Below, in pieces: positions 34,184 through 36,749 of a DNA stretch of 36,749 nucleotides. The stretch lies in IMG/VR virus record IMGVR_UViG_3300049070_000060, positions 1-36,749 of that record; one strand, given 5' to 3'. Source of the stretch: a virus. Lineage: Duplodnaviria > Caudoviricetes. Numbering within the stretch: position 1 is the stretch's first letter; every line of letters begins with the position of its first letter. A program made the position numbers and the translations under genes. The notes under the pieces are model-generated. The model ran no database searches, was not told the DNA's origin, and was given only the letters and a program-made list of their open reading frames with translations.

Positions 34184-35281
34184 TTGACAACGGTCAAAAA
34201 GATCAAAGTCCGGGGTAAAGAGCGATGGTGCCTTGATTTCGGCACGGTGAACGGTGAGCGGGGCCGCCGGCTGTTTTTCAAGACCGAGACTGAAGCTTGG
34301 AACGCCGCGCGCAAAGCGGATAAGGAAACGAAGGCCGCGGGCTCGTGGTGGGCGATGCGACCAACGGAAGAGAAGCAGGCCGCCGTATCGGTCTTTCGTG
34401 AAATGGTCCGTGATGGTGTCACCCCGTCGGAAGTCTGGAAGGTTTACAAATCGATTGAGGCGCCGCCCAAAGAGTCGATTCATCTGAAGGCCGCTATTTA
34501 CGAAATGCTGATAGCCAAGCGCGCGGCTGGCCGGGATCCTCGGTACCTCGACGAGCTGGAAACTTATTTGCTGAAGTTCGCCAAAAACCGGGAAAAGCTT
34601 TCAATCGACCGGCTGACAAGCGGGCATCTCGAACACTGGTTCACCGAACGCAAGGAAGGTCAGACGACCAGGGCAAGCAACCTCGGGCGATTGTCGGCGC
34701 TGTTCGGGTTCTGTGTTCGCCGCGGTTACCTGATTCGCAATCCCTGCCAGGATGTCGAGCACGTTCAAATCGCGGGGAAGGCGCCCAAAGTTCTGACGGT
34801 CAACCAGGCGCGCGGGCTGATGGACCTTTGCGCGAAGAAAGCGAAGCCGATGCTGGCATATATGGCACTTGGCCTTTTCGCGGGCATCAGGCCAGAAGAG
34901 TTGAAAAAATTGAACTGGTCGAAAATTGATATGCGACGTGGCCGCGTGATGATCGACCACGATGTCGCGAAGGTTCGCCAATGGCGGATTGTCCAGCTTG
35001 AGGCGACGGCGAAAGCATGGCTGAAGCTTTGCGAACCAAAACACGGGCCGATTGCGCCGAAGGTAACCACGTTGCGCCGAATGCGTCGAGCGTTGCGCGA
35101 CAAGCTTCAAATGGAATGGCCGCAGGACGTTTTGAGGCACACCGCGGCGAGTTATCTGCTGGCCAAGCATAAGGACGCCGGGAAGGTTGCGCTCATGCTC
35201 GGGAATTCGCCGCGGGTTCTTCTGACCAATTATCGCAACCTCGTTACGGACTGGCGGAAGTTTTGGGCGGTTCGACCTTAG
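34184..35281 (+). CDS. int: Tyrosine integrase
   Basis: FAGIRPEE (R), AKV (K), DVLRHTAASY, LGNS, TNYR (Y); N-terminal arm-binding-like domain. Confidence 0.93.
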   Translation: MTTVKKIKVRGKERWCLDFGTVNGERGRRLFFKTETEAWNAARKADKETKAAGSWWAMRPTEEKQAAVSVFREMVRDGVTPSEVWKVYKSIEAPPKESIHLKAAIYEMLIAKRAAGRDPRYLDELETYLLKFAKNREKLSIDRLTSGHLEHWFTERKEGQTTRASNLGRLSALFGFCVRRGYLIRNPCQDVEHVQIAGKAPKVLTVNQARGLMDLCAKKAKPMLAYMALGLFAGIRPEELKKLNWSKIDMRRGRVMIDHDVAKVRQWRIVQLEATAKAWLKLCEPKHGPIAPKVTTLRRMRRALRDKLQMEWPQDVLRHTAASYLLAKHKDAGKVALMLGNSPRVLLTNYRNLVTDWRKFWAVRP

Positions 35282-35318
35282 ATTTTTTTCCTCAGTTTCT
35301 CCCTTGCCAATCCCTCGC

Positions 35319-35528
35319 TCAACCGACGCCGGGCGCAGGCGCGTCGCCGAAACACACCGGCCCCTTTCGCCGATCATATTCCTCGCGAATGAGGGTGTGA
35401 AGAAAACCGGAAAAGTCGCCATCAAACGCGCGAAGCTCCATTAATCTATTCGCCAATTTGTGCACGGTGATCGATATGCTAATATTGATCCTTATGGCCT
35501 GTTCGGCTTTCTTTTTTCTTGGCCTCAT
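35319..35528 (-). CDS. Ribbon-helix-helix DNA-binding protein
   Basis: AIRINISIS strand, helix, DFSGFLHTLIRE helix; coupled by ATGA to the upstream RHH gene. Confidence 0.7.
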   Translation of the reverse strand: MRPRKKKAEQAIRINISISITVHKLANRLMELRAFDGDFSGFLHTLIREEYDRRKGPVCFGDAPAPGVG

Positions 35529-35728
35529 GCAGCCATGCGCTTGGTCGGTTTCATGTCCGCATCCGTCCTGATGCGGTCTTGCACGTAATCACTGAGCCCA
35601 CTGTAGCCGCCGTCTTTAATTAGCCGTTGGCTCGCATCAAAAAGGACCGGGGGCAGTGAAATGTTTATCCTGATTGCCGTTTCGTGCGCCCGCTTCCTGA
35701 CAGACGGTTCCGGTGGTTTTTTCTTCAT
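35525..35728 (-). CDS. Ribbon-helix-helix (CopG/Arc-like) protein, candidate repressor
   Basis: AIRINISLPPVLFDASQRLIKDGGYSGLSDYVQDRIR. Confidence 0.8.
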   Translation of the reverse strand: MKKKPPEPSVRKRAHETAIRINISLPPVLFDASQRLIKDGGYSGLSDYVQDRIRTDADMKPTKRMAA

Positions 35729-35861
35729 CTACACACTTATTACACACTTATTCACGGGCTAGTCAACAGTTTCTTAGGAAATCCATCAAAAGATTTTTAA
35801 AGATTTCTGTGGACATAACGAACACTTAATGTGTAATTATTACACAAGAATTGTGAAACAC
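35729..35861. promoter_or_regulatory. Divergent promoter/operator region
   Basis: AT-rich. Direct repeat tacacacttat x2 (35730-35751); palindrome tgtgtaat-t-attacaca (35830-35846); leftward TTGACT (35766-35761) and rightward TGGACA (35810-35815) -35 candidates. Confidence 0.75.
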
Positions 35862-36044
35862 ATGAAAGCAAAGAGGAAAGACAGGGTCGAAGAAGGCCGT
35901 AAACGCATCAATATCTGCCTGACTCCCGGGACTCATGAAAAGGGCAAGGAGTTGGCGACTGAGGATAACCGCGAGTTCTCCAATTGGCTGGAAGTGCTGA
36001 TCGTTCGAGAAGCACAGCGCCGAGGGATCGCCAAAGCCGCCTAA
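35862..36044 (+). CDS. Ribbon-helix-helix protein, candidate Cro/Arc analogue
   Basis: RKRINICLTPGTHEKGKELATEDNREFSNWLEVLI; first gene of the rightward operon. Confidence 0.78.
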   Translation: MKAKRKDRVEEGRKRINICLTPGTHEKGKELATEDNREFSNWLEVLIVREAQRRGIAKAA

Positions 36045-36056
36045 CCCTTCGTTGGC

Positions 36057-36299
36057 ATGACCCGCCAGCGCAAAAAAATTTTGGCTGTTAATGGTAGGTC
36101 CGTCCCCCATGTAGGGGTAGCAAATGGCCCCACCTTCGACCTTGACGCCATGCTGACTCCCGAAGAGTGCGCCAAATGGCTGAGGATGAAGCCGAGGGAA
36201 TTCGACGCCAAAGTGAATGAAGGCGTAATCCCCTGCGTTCGCATCAGCCGAAAAACGAGACGGTTTCATCCAAGGACGGTTTTGCAAAAGCTGAAATGA
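36057..36299 (+). CDS. Excisionase-like HTH protein
   Basis: MLTPEECAKWL...GVIPCVRISRKTRRFHP. Confidence 0.75.
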   Translation: MTRQRKKILAVNGRSVPHVGVANGPTFDLDAMLTPEECAKWLRMKPREFDAKVNEGVIPCVRISRKTRRFHPRTVLQKLK

Positions 36300-36302
36300 C
36301 CT

Positions 36303-36749
36303 ATGCCGACAACATTAATCAAACCAACTAAAAAACACGCGAGAAAGATCGTTGACCTTCTGGGCCATGGGCTATGCGGTGGCCTTGGCGATCCCGAGCC
36401 TGGAAAAATGTGCGTCGAGGCGATGGTGTGCTACGCCTTTGGCCTTCCCCATTCCGACAACCCGCCGTGCGTCGGTCCTGTCGTACGATCATTCAAGATT
36501 GCACTCAACGATTCGGATTGGTCCTCAAATAGAGCGCGTGCCAAAGGAATGGCCCGCATTGCCATCGCGCAACTTGGCAGCAATGAAATTGACCAGACTG
36601 TTTTCGTAAAAGAGTTGGCGCTGGCAATGATTCGAAAAATTGTTCCGATTGCTTTGCGTGCTGCTGCTGGAATGACTGGACTGCCTGCGGAGCATAAACC
36701 GAAACTGGAAGCGTGCGCGGTATCTTGTGAGGGCGTGGAAACGCTGGAC
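36303..36749 (+). CDS. N-terminal part of the Ala-rich repeat protein (runs off the window end)
   Basis: 149 open codons: MPTTLIKPTKKHARKIVDLLGHGLCGGLGDPEPGKMCVEAMVCYAFGLPHSDNPPCVGPVVRSFKIALND...CEGVETLD. Missing from the ORF track because there is no stop. Confidence 0.8.
   Translation, partial: MPTTLIKPTKKHARKIVDLLGHGLCGGLGDPEPGKMCVEAMVCYAFGLPHSDNPPCVGPVVRSFKIALNDSDWSSNRARAKGMARIAIAQLGSNEIDQTVFVKELALAMIRKIVPIALRAAAGMTGLPAEHKPKLEACAVSCEGVETLD

Larger units (their letters stand above)
1..36749. mobile_element. Temperate tailed phage (siphovirus-like), near-complete genome in excised/circular configuration
   Basis: Integrase, attP flanked by phage DNA on both sides, replication, packaging, head and tail modules, and no host housekeeping genes. 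The ORF open at the right end matches an open Ala-rich frame at the left end. Confidence 0.93.

Noticed and set aside
35319-35728. Toxin-antitoxin pair
   Set aside because: Both proteins are RHH with the same recognition strand, and no toxin fold is adjacent.
36352-36609. ORF-track 85-aa protein
   Set aside because: It is an alternative frame of the longer, motif-bearing ORF starting at ATG 36303.
1-36749. Stop-codon reassignment
   Set aside because: Core genes are full length in the standard code and TAA, TAG and TGA all end coupled genes.

Overview
The window is an apparently near-complete, excised or circular temperate siphovirus genome (lambda-like gpA terminase and portal, ClpP-capsid fusion, tail tube, no sheath, 578-aa tape measure). 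It is opened inside an Ala-rich tandem-repeat gene whose start lies at 36303 and whose end lies at 1-207. Gene order: early/recombination (Sak4-like ATPase, RecE-like nuclease), C5 DNA methylase, replication (initiator plus DnaC-like loader), packaging, head, tail, two secreted cargo genes, an intact attP (3' half of tRNA-Ala GGC), tyrosine integrase, and a switch made of three ribbon-helix-helix proteins. The host is inferred, not shown, to be Verrucomicrobiota (Limisphaerales-like). Main observations: (1) four fibre/adhesin-like genes inside the virion operon carry classical Sec signal peptides, and no endolysin is recognisable; (2) the methylase is dual-coded over about 1 kb, M.EcoHK31I-style, with four repeats in the second frame; (3) there are two cassettes with TIRs and 8-bp TSDs, an IS1595 transporter IS carrying a PAPS-reductase-like gene and a transposase-less 558-bp cassette with one passenger; (4) the recombination module is flanked by permuted halves of an HNH gene with in-frame reciprocal junctions; (5) there is no cI-type repressor; (6) there is a likely +1 tail-chaperone frameshift. 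All family assignments come from motif recognition by eye; no searches were run.
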